DNA of 64,000 nt, from contig NW_026250427.1 of assembly GCF_024521635.1 (NCBI RefSeq), forward strand, positions 434,001-498,000, written 5' to 3'. Origin of the DNA: Tricharina praecox. Lineage: Eukaryota. The position numbers and the translations under genes were made by a program. Within the stretch, counting starts at the first letter, position 1; every line of letters starts with the position of its first letter. Of the stretch, positions 48,652 to 63,013 are shown one piece after another. The notes under the pieces were generated by a model that ran no database searches, was not told the DNA's origin, and worked only from the letters and a program-made list of their open reading frames with translations.

Positions 48652-51600
48652 CTTGCTTCCTTCTTTCCTTCTTCTTTCCTTCCTTCTATCGTCTTCTTCC
48701 TTCTTCTTCCTTCACAACGTGTCCTGCAGCTGACAGGCCTGCCTGAGTATGTATGTGTGTTTATTTCCGTTCAATCACCGTTGCTCACCGGGGTGGTATT
48801 CGTGACGTTGCTTGCTTGCTACCTAGCTGCTGGGATCCTGGGGTCTGGTTTGTATGTACGAGTACGTAGGTGTGTAGCTTGTAACCAAGTAACCGCTCGG
48901 CGGCTGCAACTGTTCCACTCCACTTCACTTCTCTCCTTGCTGCAACGAGGCGTGTGAGATTCTGGAGAAAATAAGTATCGCCTTTATTCCCGTCTTTTCT
49001 TGTTTTTTTTCTTCTTGCGCTGGGCTGGGCCGGACGAAGACGAGGGGAATGTTCAAGCCTGTTGAAATTTCGTGAATGCGTGGAACGATGGCTGTTGACT
49101 ATTGCTGCCGAAAACGAGTGACTGGCGGCAATGAGAAGCGCGAGAAGAAGAACAAATTAGATGCAGATCGTCGATAGCTGAAGAGAGACAAATGAGTGTC
49201 GTATGTATGGTATGTATGTATGTAACCGTCCACAAAAGTCGAGCACGAAACGGATCGTGAGGAATGGAGATCTAGGTGATTGACGACGACGGCGGTAAGA
49301 GCATAGTATGCTGAGGACCCGGGAAAAAAACGTGGAAGGAAGAATTGGCGGGGAAAATAGGGAATAAAGAGTGACAGCCAGCCAGCCAGTCAGTCAGTCG
49401 AAGACGAAGAGTGGGGTGGTGAAGGAAGAAAGAAGAAGAGGAGGAAGAGGAGGAAGAAGGGATGCGAGGATAGCGGATACGGTAGACTGGCAATGTCCAC
49501 TTCACTTTACTTTTCCTATTCTTTCGTCAATACAATATAAACAGAGTACCTAGGAGGCTAGGAGCGCGCTTGACCGTGCGAACGAACGAGCGAGCGAGCG
49601 AAAGAACGAACGAGAGAACGACGGACCAGGCCACGCAACTTGGTGTTGCCTGCGCTGCAAGGTACTGGGTGAGTGAGCCAATCTGTGAATATTAGACGGG
49701 GGGAGGGTGGGGGAGGGGGGGGGCGGAGGCTGACTGACCACGGTGAGGGTTTGCCTCGTATGTACACGGTACGGACGGTAGGTAGTGTTATTCGGTCAGA
49801 ACTACTCGTACTCGTGTGTTTCCGCAGCGATCGGGGGGTTTGGAGATGTTCTATTCGGAAGGGAAGGGAGAATGAGAAAGCGCAGTCGAGGAACATCGAG
49901 CTCGAAACAGGACGCGCAACGAACGACTCGAATCGAACGGCTGGATAAAATGGCTCAGTTCGCGGGGTCCGGGTTGGCCTCACCATTTCCCCAACAAGCA
50001 AGCAATCAAGAAATCAATCCCCCTCCTCGTTCTCCTCTTTCTCGCGAAAAGCCAGGAGGAGGAGGCGGGACGGGATATCGTGAAGGGGTAGAGCATAGTA
50101 CCTACTACCTACTGTTCGTCCCTGCGTACTATAGCCTACATACTTCCGCTCCAGCCAGGCAGGGGGTGGTTTCACAGCTGCAGAGTCAAGTCCCGACGCA
50201 CCGACCTTTGTCCCTGCTGTGCAAGTACTTGTGTAGGTACATATGCAAGTGACGAGCAGTGTGAAGAGTCCGGGTCGAGCAAGTAGATATGTAGAGTGGT
50301 GTTGGTGTCAACTGTGGGTATGTATGCACTTCACCACCTCACCACCTCCCCTTTCGCATTCCACTGCTCGCTTGCCTCGTGCCGAGCGGCAGCTTGGATA
50401 CATTACGATATGTCCATACATACTTCATGCGATGTCCATCCTCCTACATCTACATATGATACTGTAGTTACGTAGCCATCCCCCTTCGAACCAAAGGAAG
50501 GAAGGGCGAAAGTCACAAGACTGTGATCTCTAACGTCTCGAAACCAAAACAAACCCTCCTCTCTCCCCCATTCCCTTCCCCCTCATCCAAGACTTCACCA
50601 ACTCCTCCTTCGCTCCAACCTGCCATACCGCAGTCAAACCGTTCCACGACCCTACCCTACCCTGCCCTGCAACACCACACTCACACCCACTACTACTACT
50701 ATATCCGCTGCACCGCCAAATAGGTACATACTTACATGCCTAACTAACTAGTAGAGTACCTAACCAACCCCTACCAATCTCAGGCTGAATAACCAGGTCC
50801 AGGACTAGGGCTACATAGAACCAAGACCTGCCGGATTTCCTTCGGGAAGGTTCATGGCACGAACGGGAAAGAAAAGGATGGGAGCAGGTGTTTCTCGCTT
50901 GCTTGGTGCTTGGTGCTTGGTGCATACGATGTAGCATGGGAATTCCAGAACTCTGGTGTTCCCCGCTCCCTCCGGCAGACTGGATGGATCATGGAGGACA
51001 TATCATAAGTACCCTAAGGTACTTGCTTACTTGGTTACCGGTACTCTACTCAGATCACGACAGTGCGCTACGAATAGGTACATCATACATGACTGTAACT
51101 CCCAAATTCCCAATGCCCATTGGAGCACAAACACGCGGATCCGTAACACCACCCCGCCCGCGCCCACCTTCCCGCGAAGTATTCGTCAATACAGAGCATT
51201 AGGTATAAATGTAGGGTCCCGGCACCGCGACGACAGCAGCACCGCCCACCAACATGCGCACGATGACATCGTCCAGGACGGGCCGGCACGCTCGAGTATG
51301 ACGATCGTGATTCGCCGGCTACGAATAGAGGGCTGCGTAGGTAGATCTGGAAATCTGAAAATCTGGAGGTGCAAGGAGGGAAGAGAGAGGGGAGGGATGA
51401 GATGGGAGGGATAGTATGGGGGTCACACTGGGTATAGTATTGTCAGTTCGTCATTTCGCTCGCCGCCCGGCTGGTTAATAAAAAAATTTATTTCATCATC
51501 GTAGCATTCGACCTTATCAGATCATGGCTGTATACACTCCGGTTCCACCCCACTGTCTCCGACCGCTGGTCGCGAGCTCGATGTGGGTTCCTCATTGCTC

Positions 51601-53232
51601 TCCGCCCAAAAGTCGGTTGACGATTTCCCTGCCCTGCCTACCTATCTGTCTCCAAGTCTGTCTCCATGTCGCCACTATGTCGCCACTATGCTCGTCACAC
51701 ACCGTCCCCCCTCCCCCCCTCCTCCCGAATTCCATGGGCATTAGGGGAACTATGGCCCTACATAAATACCCACGGTGCGAGGCCGGCTACGAATCCTCTA
51801 GGTACATAGAATCCGAGAATGAGAGTGAGAAAGGGTACGGGATCATATCCCATCACCCGCTCTCGTCCACCTGCCCGCTCTTGTCCGCCCGTTCGTCTAT
51901 TTGCCCGCCTGCCCGCCGGCCATCGCTCGAGCACCGATGATGCCGTTACATACTCCACATAGCACAGACGTTCCCGGAATTCCGGGGCGTGGACCAACTA
52001 CTCACGAGCACCCCGCATCCCGCAGCCGCATCCACCTTCCTCGGCTGGACCGGCCCGGACTGGCTTTCTTCTCCCCTTTTTTTCTTTTTAGCAATGGACA
52101 TTTCTCGCCTCCTCGAAGGGGTTGACGACGTACTTATGGTAGAGTACCACGCTATGAACGAACGGATATGGTGCGCTCCTGTAAGGAGATGGTGAGGCAG
52201 GTGGTGAAGACGGCTTGGGTCCCGGGTGACGGGTGACGGCTGGGGTGACGAATCATGCCATATCACTCGTGATAGTCCGTACCAGGCAGGAGTATGTATG
52301 CTAGATATGCGAAGATACACGACTACATAACGAGGCCGTGCGGTGATTATGATCGGCGGGCCGATGAATATGCACTACATAGATCGCGTTTCACATCGCA
52401 GAACCAGCCGGGCGGTCGTGTGGGAAATCGATATCCCCCTCCACGTCCCGTCCCCGCTGTGCATATCCATAACAACTTCAGTTTCTTCAGCGTGTAGTAG
52501 TAGTATCTAAATGGCATTCAAGTACATCCCCCTCACTTCTCGTATGAAACCTGCCCAACTGCCCAACTACCTACACGACTGACTATATGCACCAGGACTC
52601 TCCAATCACTCTCCAATCACTCTCCAATCATCCGCCCAAGCAACGAAAAACGACAAAAAACTACAGAGTAGGTAGGTACAGTAGGTACAGTACAGCACTG
52701 TGGACAAAGAAAAGATTGCAAAGAAGAAAAGAAAAGAAGAAAAGAAAAGAAGAAAAGAAAAGAGAAGAAAAAAAGGACTATCGTATTCCCGCCTCGACCG
52801 ATCGAACAGAAGCCAGCACTATAGAGTAGGTAGGTAAAAAAGTAAAAGATAATAATATCGGTAGTAGTAATAGTAGTAGCAAGTAGTAAGTAGCAAGTAG
52901 CAAGTACATAAAGTGCGTACGTAGTGTATAGAGTAGTAGTAGAAATGAACTGAAACCTGATGGAACGGAACGTAGGAACGGAGAAGAAAAAAAAGGGCAG
53001 CAATATTACACGGAACCAGCAACAGGAGTGAACAGTGAACAGTGAACAGTGAACAGTGACGAGTGATGTGTTCCCCACCCAGCCAGCCAAACCAGCCCAG
53101 AAATGAAATGAAAACGAGAAAAAAGAAACAACTCCATCGCCCAAAGCAAGAAAAGTAAAAGTAAAAGTAAAAGTAGGATAATCGGTAGGAATGGTGAAAG
53201 GTAAATGACGGAATGGCCTAAGGCAGCTGCTG

Positions 53233-55353
53233 CTAGCTAGCGAGTATCCTCCCGGCCTGTCCCACCTCATGCCGCCCTTCTCCCCCATCAGCACGCACAC
53301 TCATCTTCCCCGCGGCACTATCGCTTCGTCCGGCGGCGGCCTCGTTCGCCTGCGCCGCCCACTCCTCGCGGCGAACCTCCTTCATGCGGCGATCCGAGAA
53401 CCTCGTGTCGCCGCGGTGGTACCGCCGCTTGAGCTCGATGTATGTTGGTGGGCGGGGACGACACAGGACGACCACAAAGTTCTTCCACCACGTACCCTGC
53501 GAGAATGGTCTGTGGCGTTCGGAACGGACGAACTTGTGGCCGTGCAGGTACTCTCTTGTGGTTTCTCCGCGCGCCATCAGGAACACGTGGTAGCCGCACA
53601 GCGCGGCGGGATAGGGGGCGGCGAGGGCTCCGTAAATCACCATGGCGAACGGGATCCGTTCTTCGTGGATCGCACTCGAGAAGGGCCCCTCTCGTTTTAC
53701 CAGGTGGATTAAACTCAGCGCGACGAGGTAGAGTGCTAAGAAGGTGGCTGAGGTGATGAACACGAAGAAGTAGCGGTAGTTTCGGCGGCCGACGCAGTTG
53801 TTGAGCCAGACGCAGTGGTGGTCTTGCGTCTCGATGCATGAGTCGCACACTTTGCAGTGGTGGCAGCGTGGGGGCCGCCAGATGTTGCAAGTGCGGCAGT
53901 ACTTGATGGGAACCTCGAGGTGCAGGGAGTTGTTGCCCGCCGGTCGGATTAATGCCCACGAGTTCTGTGGCGGCACAGCCAGGGCGTCGTCACCGGGGCG
54001 AGGAGAAGCATCCTGAGGATGTAGGTTGCGGGGATAGATCTACATTGCATTGGGTTAGGGGTTACAGAGCCGGCCAGCAATCCGATCGGGTGGGGGGAGG
54101 GAAACGGGAGCTTACTCCGGGGTCCGAAACTGCGGCCTTTATGAAGGACATCATTGTGACCGCGAAAAGGTATGCGAAGGTGATTGGAAGTGCGGGCGAG
54201 ACATTATGCCACAGAAAGCCGGCTCTATTGGATCATAACCGTCAGCTAGCCGTACTCATCGTTAGGGGCGGCAAGAGACGCACGAATATCCAAAAAACAA
54301 AGCCGCAGGCAAGCTGACCAGAATCCCCGTGAGGATGTTCATGGGAAAGTCTCGAGCCGTCTGCCACCGACCGCCAAAGCAGAACCGCATGTTGCCGGGG
54401 AAATACTCGTGGTTTTTGCCGAGTTTTGGCGGTCGCTGCTGTCGTTTCGCCGTTATGCTCGAACGCGATCCATTGCTCGAATCGCCACCGTGCGAGGACG
54501 AGTTTCTATGCTGTGGCATCCGCCTCACGTTCACATTTCGCACCGAATTATCTTCGCCGACGATCTGCCGAGTTTCATCGCGGAGAGGAGCAGTCGAGTT
54601 GAGCGAAGGCGCCGTACGAATAGTCTGCTCGACCGTGGACGACATCGAAATATCCCTCGGATGTTGTTCCCCGATGCGCCCCGAGCTATTGTTGTGATTG
54701 TGATGATGTACGATCGGCATGTTCGTCGGGAGCTGTGGGGACGCCGTTTTCGTTGCAGCTCTCGCGAACCCTCTGATCCGATTCTGCTCCTCATCCTCCT
54801 CCGTAACCCTTCCCCTCTGCACTTGCAGCTTCGCCGAGCTCATCGGTCGATAGAATGCTTGATTCGTGACACCCGGGGCGTGCGTGCGCGACGCAGACGA
54901 ATCGGGCCTACCCCTCGTACTCCCACCCGCGATCGATGACGGCAGACCTCTGTTACCGCCCGAGACGCTCGGCCAGTTCCTATGGGTTGTGGAAGTAGTA
55001 TTCGACATGGCGGTGCTCGGGCGTGTCGAAAAGGAGTCCATCATGTCGGCGACCGACGCGCGGGTAGCGTGATGGTGCGGATGTCCTCCACGGGCGGACG
55101 ACCGAGGAGAAGCTTGGGAAACTGCTGCTTGCGACTGCGATTGCTGGGCCTCGGCGAGCCCCATAATCTCAGATGCGTTGTCGCTGATGTCGGTCATTCG
55201 CGACGAGATCACGCTGTGCGTGTTGGCACCGTGCCGGTTGCTGCTGCGAAGGTGGTGGTCTTCATCGTGGATCGAGAGCGGGAGTCCACCTCCTGAAGAG
55301 GAGGTCGGCGAGATTGGCGTCCGCACGTTTAGAGAATGACGGGGCGAAGTCAT
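53233..55353 (-). CDS. ERF2: DHHC palmitoyltransferase, Erf2 type, ~661 aa
   Basis: Exons 55353-54284, 54224-54116, 54039-53233 (1986 nt). Motifs [71 protein letters not shown]. The exact start and extreme C-terminus are less certain. Confidence 0.88.
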
Positions 55354-56217
55354 CGAGGTGGTATATGCCGGATGATGACGCGAGGCATCAGGCGTGGGTT
55401 GGGGTGTCGAGGTGGTTTCGCAGAGCAGACGGAGGGACAGGTGCTGGCGGTATTGTTGAGTTTTGATGACGATGAAAGGAGTTGGCGACAATGGGGGGTG
55501 GATTCTTTCGCTGGTGATTTCTAGAGCATGCGACTAAAAGAGCCTATAAGCGAGGCGCATTCCCCCCTCTTAGATACAATTCCAGATCGACTTACCTATT
55601 TATTACGAGATCATTTATTACGCCACGTCTGGGTACATCAGATGTACATGGTACATGCACTCACTGCTGTCCTGCAACACCAAACACCGCTCCATTCTTG
55701 ACCAACCGACACAGGTAGCTAGTCTTATTTGTCAGACAGTTCTCCAATGGCAGAAATCCTCCCACCGCCCGTCACACGATATCACTCACCGGTGCATCTT
55801 CAACCATTTCAAATCGAACGTAAGATATTATCGTAATTGTTACGTAACGTACGTGCAAGAAGAAATGTACTCGAAGGTAAACTATAGTACACAGAAAGTC
55901 CTGAAGTCCCCAGAATCCCCACGAAAAAAAAGGAAAGAAAATAACGTAGACAGCAGAAAACGGACGAAAAGCAACCCTATAATATTCCCAGAGAACAAAT
56001 CACGCAAAGAAAGAAAAGAAAACAGTACAAGCTCTCACTACAACCCTAAAAGGGTGAAGGAGAAAAAAATTGATCGCTGTAAACCCCGCGGGGACAAAAA
56101 AAACCACAAAAAAAATGCAACCCAATCCCACCCCGTAAATGCTGGTGGGTAAAAAAAAAAGGTAAAAAAAAAAGGCCCATCGCACTCGTTCCGGCGTCGT
56201 GGAGTTCGTGTACTCGT

Positions 56218-58862
56218 CTAGGCTTCAATAGCCACATCGGCGGCGACATCCATCGACTCGATGAATGTGCCCTTGACCTGGGCAAGGGGCTGGCCTTCGC
56301 TATCCGAGATAGCGGCGGTGACACTCTCGGTGATCCCGATGGTAAGCCTGCGAGTGGTCTTTCCATTCTCCTTCGCCGCGGAAGCTTCTGCAAGAGCTTC
56401 CTCAACGGCCGCCGCGACAGCAGACTCGCTCGTCACTGACCTGGGAGTGCTCGGCTTCGCAATCGTCTTGTTGACCTTGTAGGTCCGGATGATCCGCGAT
56501 CTCGTGCGCGTAGACCTGATCACTGGGGTACCAGTGGTCTTCTTGACGGGAGTCTCGTAAACATCGTCAGACGCCTCGGAATCGTCTTCAGAGTCAGAGG
56601 GTATAACAATCTCTGGCTCTGGCTCTTTGGTTGGTGGAGGCGTGGGAGGCCTTCTAGGAAATGGAGGCTTGCGCTCCTTCTTGGTGGGCTGGGCAACCGG
56701 CACCAGAGGCTTTTCCTTCGCAGATAGTTTCCTCTTCTTTCTCGGCTTCGTCTTCTGGGGCGGAGTGATGCCGAGCCTATCGCTACGCTTGCCCAGGACA
56801 CCGCGGCAATTATCGGATCCACATTTGCAGGGGCACTGCGTGACACCCTTGAACCACCTGCAACCTTGTCAGCTAGTTTCTACATCACAGCTCATCACTC
56901 GCAACTCACGTAAAGTTGTAGTCGTAGGTGAGTTCGTCACCAGCATCAATTCCCTTGTCACCAGCAAAGAGGGCCATTCTGGGCTGTCCGCCAACAACCC
57001 TGGAGCAATGTGTCAGCCATCATTAACGTCAAGTGGGAGGAACGAGTGAGCAGCTTACCACTTCTCCATGGTACAGTTAGGATCGCACGAATCTAAACAT
57101 AAACACTACATCAATGCTAGTCCTCCGGCATGTTTCACACACCAGGTAAAGCTTACGGTTCACAAAACGCGCTACCGATCCTCTGGTGGCGTCCAGAATC
57201 ATGTTTTGGTCAAACAACATCAGATAGTAGTTCTAAGGATATGTCAGTAAACTGTGATCGCATAAACACATTCGCAAGGAAGTTTACCGTGTTGTTGTTG
57301 TAAACCTCGTCCAGCCTGCGCTCACTCTCCTCCTGGGTGATGATCTCCCCAGAGTACTCGACAATAATTTGTCCTGGCTGGAACGACCTCAGAGCCCGAA
57401 GGCCATATCCACGATTGCCAGTCTGTGACACCTCCACGCCTATGCCAAACTCCTTGGCCGATTTGACACGATCCATAAGGTCGGCAAACGACCTATTGCT
57501 GCAATTGCGACCAAGGTCACAGTTGAGATCTGTACACTCAACCCAGGTGCATCTGTTCAGGCACGATTCGCTGCAATCTTCAGTGCAAACACACTTAACG
57601 GTGGATGCCCCCTCCCTCTTCCAGATATATTTGGCATCGCCAATCAACTGGTCTACCGACACGTCAGTCTCAATTGCAATACATTGTAGTGGAGCGGAGG
57701 AACGCAAGTACTTACTGTGGCTAAGCTTCCTCCAAACCGGAGGTGCCGGGCACTTGGACCCGCTCGGCGCAAACACAGCGTATGGGAGCTTGAAATCTCT
57801 CTTCTTCTCCATGATGTCTTTCCCGCGAAACATCGGGAGTGGCAGGGAATTAGGTCGCTGCTTCTTTCCCTTGCCCTTCTTCGACGCGGGCCGCAAATTC
57901 AAGCTAGCGCCATCGTCCTCCTGGCCAACGTACAAACCCTGATTCATCCACACCTTCTTACGTTTTGATGGTAGTTCCGGCTCCTCATCGGCAGGTGTGA
58001 CTGACATGGCCTTTGAGGGCTTCTTGGACGTCGACTTGACAGAGGATTCCTCCTCCTCCGCCTGCGTCTCTCCCTTAGCCTTCTTCCTCGCACCCCCTGT
58101 CTTCGCGTCGGCAGCCTCGGTGTCGGCGGTCTCGCTCGACCGGGCTCGTTTGACGGATTGAGTCTTTGGAGTTGCAGCGGTGGTCATGGCGGCGATGGCG
58201 TTAAGCGCCGACACTCGCGTGCTGGCCCTGCGCGGGAGTTCCTTTGCAGACTTGGGCTCCTTGATAACCGGCTTCTTCGCGGTGGAGCGGAGCGCACGCG
58301 TCTTACTGGGCAAATCGTCATCTTCGGCGGGGGTCTCCGAGCGCGGAGAGAGAGAGGGATTGGTCTGCGCGGGAGTGGCAGGAGGGGTAGGCGCGACGGC
58401 TGCAGACTTCTTTCCAGCGATCGCGGCGGTGGTGGTCGCGGTGGTCGTGGTCGTGGCGGTCGTGGTGGTCGTGGTCGTAAGGACGTTGTGTTTAATTCGC
58501 TGGCTGCAGCGACGCGTTGTTGAGATCGCTTTCTGACCCTTCGTCGCGATCACCGTGCCGGTTGGCTGGTCGTCTACCTCAGCGGCCTCAACCTCAATTT
58601 GCTTTGAGACTTGGGATTCGAGCGCATTGTGCAGCTTCTTGAGGGAACTGGTGCCCTTCACAACCTCCGGTGTTGTGCGCAGGGAGCTGCCATTGTCGTC
58701 GTCAGCGGGGGAGGAGGCTGTCGTGGTTGCAAGGGTGGTCGTCGAGGCCGCATCCGAAGTGGATGGTTGCAGGCCGATCGGAATACCCTCGAACGGGGTA
58801 TTGAACATCGGAGGCGACGACGTAGTGTGTAATGGAAGAGGAGGAGGATCCGACGAGTCCAT
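56218..58862 (-). CDS. ash1: ASH1-like SET-domain histone (H3K36) methyltransferase, ~783 aa
   Basis: Exons 58862-57716, 57652-57288, 57232-57157, 57092-57059, 56999-56910, 56857-56218 (2352 nt). WMNQGLYVGQ; AWS cysteines; [54 protein letters not shown]; post-SET CKCGSDNCRGVLG. Confidence 0.9.
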
Positions 58863-61800
58863 TTTGGCCTGTGAGGGCGAGCACCCCTGCTCGTTAGCGG
58901 ACGCGGCGGGAAAGGGTTAAATCCGACAGCGCGCTCGTAGTCAGACGTGTGGTGGCGGGAAGGGAGAGGAGACAAAAGGCTAGTTGTTTGTCGCGGTGGG
59001 TTGTGGGGGAGAAACGAACATTAAGGAGCGATGTGTGAGAGAGAGGAAGAGAGCGCGAGCAAGGGGAGACAGGGAGGCTGGTGGCAGCAGGACAGCAACG
59101 GTAACAACGGGAAGCAGGCAAGTGGCTTTGCAGCGCACGGAAGGATGGGGGTAGGGGTAGAGTTGGGCTGGCTGGCTGGCTGGCGCGCGGGACGCCGGGC
59201 AAGCAAGCAGAACAAGAGCAATGAGTAATGTTTACTTACAGACGTGGGAGATGTTATGTGAAAGTGTATTGTTTATCTGAGGGAAGCTCTAGCAGTCAGA
59301 AGACCTGGAGGGAGGAGGAGGAGTTAGCGGTGGTGGTTGTGGTGGTGGTGGTGGTGGTGGAAGTGATGGTGGTGGTGGTGCTGGAGGAAGGTGGAGGAAG
59401 GAGGTGAGACGGTGGTAGTCGACGTTGCCGTTGACGGGGAGGATGAAGAATAGGACGAGGAAGGAGGAAGAAGTATCTTGTAGGCGTGTGACGGGGAAAA
59501 AGAAAAGAAGACTTACTGGGGACTTGACAGCGGTGAGTGATCAGATGGCGAAGAGATGTGGAGCAGGCAAGCGGGGTTGTGCGGACTGCAGGCGGTGATG
59601 TGGACAAAGAAGGGTGGAAGAGGGGTGGAGGAAGAGGGATGGAGGAAGAGGGATGGGAGAAGATGGATGGAGGAAGAGGGGATGAGAGAAGAGGAAGTAG
59701 CGGCGGTGGTTGGTTAGTTGTGGTTGTGAGTGATACTGGCGATGTTGGGGGAGCTGGTCGAGGGTGAATGGCAAACGAGAAGGAGGGAGGGAGGGGGGGG
59801 GGGAACGACGAGGTTAAATGGCGGAGGGTAGAGACGAGAGCGGGACAGAGACAGCCAAACCAGCCCTTCGAAAACGACAGATATGCAGTGTGTGTCTCTG
59901 ACCAGACTCACCGATTTCGATTGCGTCTTCTGTTTTAAGGCCTCTGCATCACCATCACGACTCCGTGACCTCCGCTGTTCTGGGCTGAAATGTAAAATTC
60001 GTGGGCTACAACCATGCCCGAGCATGTCCAAAAGTGTAAACAACCATAGCCTGCTTGTCCATCCAGCCAAGGGAGAGCAATTCGCACCGGAATGGCAGAT
60101 TTATGATCTCATCCGAAGTTAGGAAGCACCGGAGGATGGGGTCCTGTTGGGTAAATGCAGTGGGCAAACACATATGCACGCTGGACGACGATGTTTAGGG
60201 TTTCATCACCTCCATGCATCCCAATGTTGACAGCCTTTCGATCCCGGTGATGCCTCGGGCATGAACATCGATCTGCATTCCGGCGGATCCCCAGGTACGA
60301 ACGTTGCAGGCCACCCGTGCGTGCCATCCTGGTGGCAGTGGGGATGACGCATCTATGGTCGTGTCGGAGAGAGACATAAACACCACAGCTCCACCCACGA
60401 TCACCAGAAAGACATCGCGGCCATGGAGATCGACTCCGCCAAAGCAACGGGTCCGGCGACGTGACGGCACTGGAAAAAGGTGGCTAAAAGACGTGAGGAT
60501 CTCGCCCTTCCTGCTGAGCCGTGTAACTCGACAACTTGCCGAATGCCTTGGAGAAATTGTCGCAAAACTCTCCAAAGCACGTTACCAGACTCTACGATTC
60601 ACTCGCGGACGAATCCGCAGCTAAAAGTTTGTGGCATTGTCGAACTTCGCTGCGGCGGTGACTCGATTCCCGGTGGGATCGGCGCCGCACTCGCCCGCTG
60701 CCCGCCCGCTGCTCTACCACAACAAATATACCCAACTCCGTTCCTCTGCGGAGAAGCTCTCTAAATAACAGCCCAGACAATTACATCATTGAGGCCAGTT
60801 GCTTAGGGCCGACCTAGAGAAAAGTCCCGGCTGGTGCCCATCGTGACCTCGCACGTAGAGCTACAAACAACATTGGCTGCTTCCACTACCCCGCCGTAGT
60901 TCTAAAAACAGCCGACCACCTCTCACCAAACTAGGTGGGATATTCGTACATATCATAGCCCTTCGTCATCAGGTGCGATAGCAACGACGATCGGACGCCG
61001 GGCCCCTCAGCTAAACCGAAGAACGACAGGTTTCCTTCCGGTCTCAATTATGTCCCCCTCCGGTCCCAATCATGTCCCCGCTCAGCACATGGGAAGTAAA
61101 AAGAGCCCAGTCATATGAATAAGCTCCCCAGTCGAGCTGAACTCCTGCCGCGAAAAGTCGGGCTTGAGAACAGACGTGACCGGTAAACACAAACTTGAAC
61201 TTGCTTCTATTCCTAACCAAACCATCCTTTCGATTGCGCATGGCGAGACCCTCACATCCCACATGCCAAAACTTTCCTTTACCTAGAGCCTTGTTCACGA
61301 AACCAATCTAAAGAGTGCAATGATAAAGTGGTAACCATCGAGAAACCAATGATAACCGGCTTTACTGGATTCGATTGGACATCTGCCCCCATTTACGCCT
61401 CTTGTACACCACTGCCCCATCTCAGCACAGAATATACTCCTCTGAGTTGGCAATCCACCCTCTGCGAAGAACGAAACAGGTGAGAACAGCTATTCCGGTG
61501 ACGCATCACATTTTCTCACTCGACGATTCCTCCATTTTCCCGTCTCACCTTGGTGTAGATGTCTACACGATGAGAAACCGTGTTCAACCGCCCAGCAGTG
61601 CACGCTTCTCCTTCGCACGATATCCCATCTTTATCCAGACGAGCGTGTGTTCCCCACGCCCCCACCCGGCCCACCCCGGACCACCCCGGCCATTGGCCCA
61701 TCCGAGTGAGTGCACATGAACCTGCTCGGCCTTCCTGCGGTCCTTGCAGAGATGTCTGTCGGAAAGCGCAGGCACAGTTCAACACGTCATACGGCCGCGA

Positions 61801-62835
61801 GAGGTGTGCGCGGGAAATGCCATGCTGATCGCGGCCAGTTCTCACTCGTGACGTCCAAATGCGGAAGGCTCAGCTGGGTGCATGGCATTACATGCTTGCT
61901 TGCTTACTCATCATAGGCTGCGTGTTTATGCGCTAGTGAGTACGAGTGCGAGTGGCGGAGGCGGTGGCGCTAGGGTGGCTATGTCACTGTCTGTGTCACT
62001 GTGTTACTGTCGATAGATAGGGGTGGGAGGGGAGTCGGCGCAAGCAGTGGAAGTGGAAGTTATATTTGGCTGGTTGTGACGGTGCGGTACGGTGCGGCAG
62101 GATGGATGGGAAAAGGGTTTCATATGGTACATAGATCAGTGTCGAACATGGCCAGTCGCGACGAGCGACAGGCGTTGCCTAACCCCTCATCCACCAATAT
62201 CCCCCAAGCACTTCGCAATGCATTCTCTGTCGCGTCCTATTCAAACCAGCGCTAAATACATGCACATAACTGGTTTCACTATCTCTCTTCCGAGTACGCT
62301 ACATGCCAGCCTCGTCCCGATTCATGGACCATCACTCGCAGAACCTTCTCCATCTGCTCACTCTCAATATTTGCACAACTTTATCATTGTGGATGTCCCA
62401 GCAGGCGGGCAGGATATATGCACTCTCTAACAGGTTAGCCGTCGCTTGATAGAAATACCAAGTAGGGCTCGTGGAAGATGGATCGGGATATCGTAGGCAC
62501 GAAGAGACAGAATAGGCAACAACGCACCTCACCTGTTTATCCATCCAACCTCGATTTTTCACTTTCCGCACCGAACCCCGACTGAATCCGATGACACTCT
62601 GCAACGCTCTTTCTCTCTCGGTGTAGAATTTACTAGAGAAGTCGAGTTGCGGCAGCCAATAGGGTAACGGCTGTCGGCATACATACTCTACAGGGCCATG
62701 CATGGCCGCCACGCGGAATTCAATACGAGTTCGAGTTTGAGGCCCCCGGGTAACGAGTGAGTTTCAATTCTCATCACCGCCGTTTAAACTTTCTACCAGG
62801 TGGAGGTGGTGGCGGTGGTCCTGCCAAGCTAACGA

Positions 62836-62844
62836 TTGACTCAT
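62836..62844 (+). promoter_or_regulatory. Putative CpcA/Cpc-1/Gcn4 response element (TTGACTCAT)
   Basis: TGACTCA core ~170 bp upstream of the HOM2 ATG; amino-acid biosynthesis genes are established cross-pathway-control targets. Confidence 0.6.
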
Positions 62845-63013
62845 GCAACACCAAGCGAAAATCTGCATGGTTGCCCCGCCATAGATAAAACTTCGGCCGC
62901 CATCACCTCCAAGCTCGACCGTTCCCGCCACACCACGCACGCCCCGCCCCTCCCTCCCTCCCGCAAGCTCAATTCCACCCACCACGAACGACATCAAAGT
63001 CACGATCGCGAAA

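Noticed and set aside
60640..60690. tRNA T-loop-like TCGATTCCCGG
   Set aside because: No T-stem, D-arm or acceptor stem can be formed.
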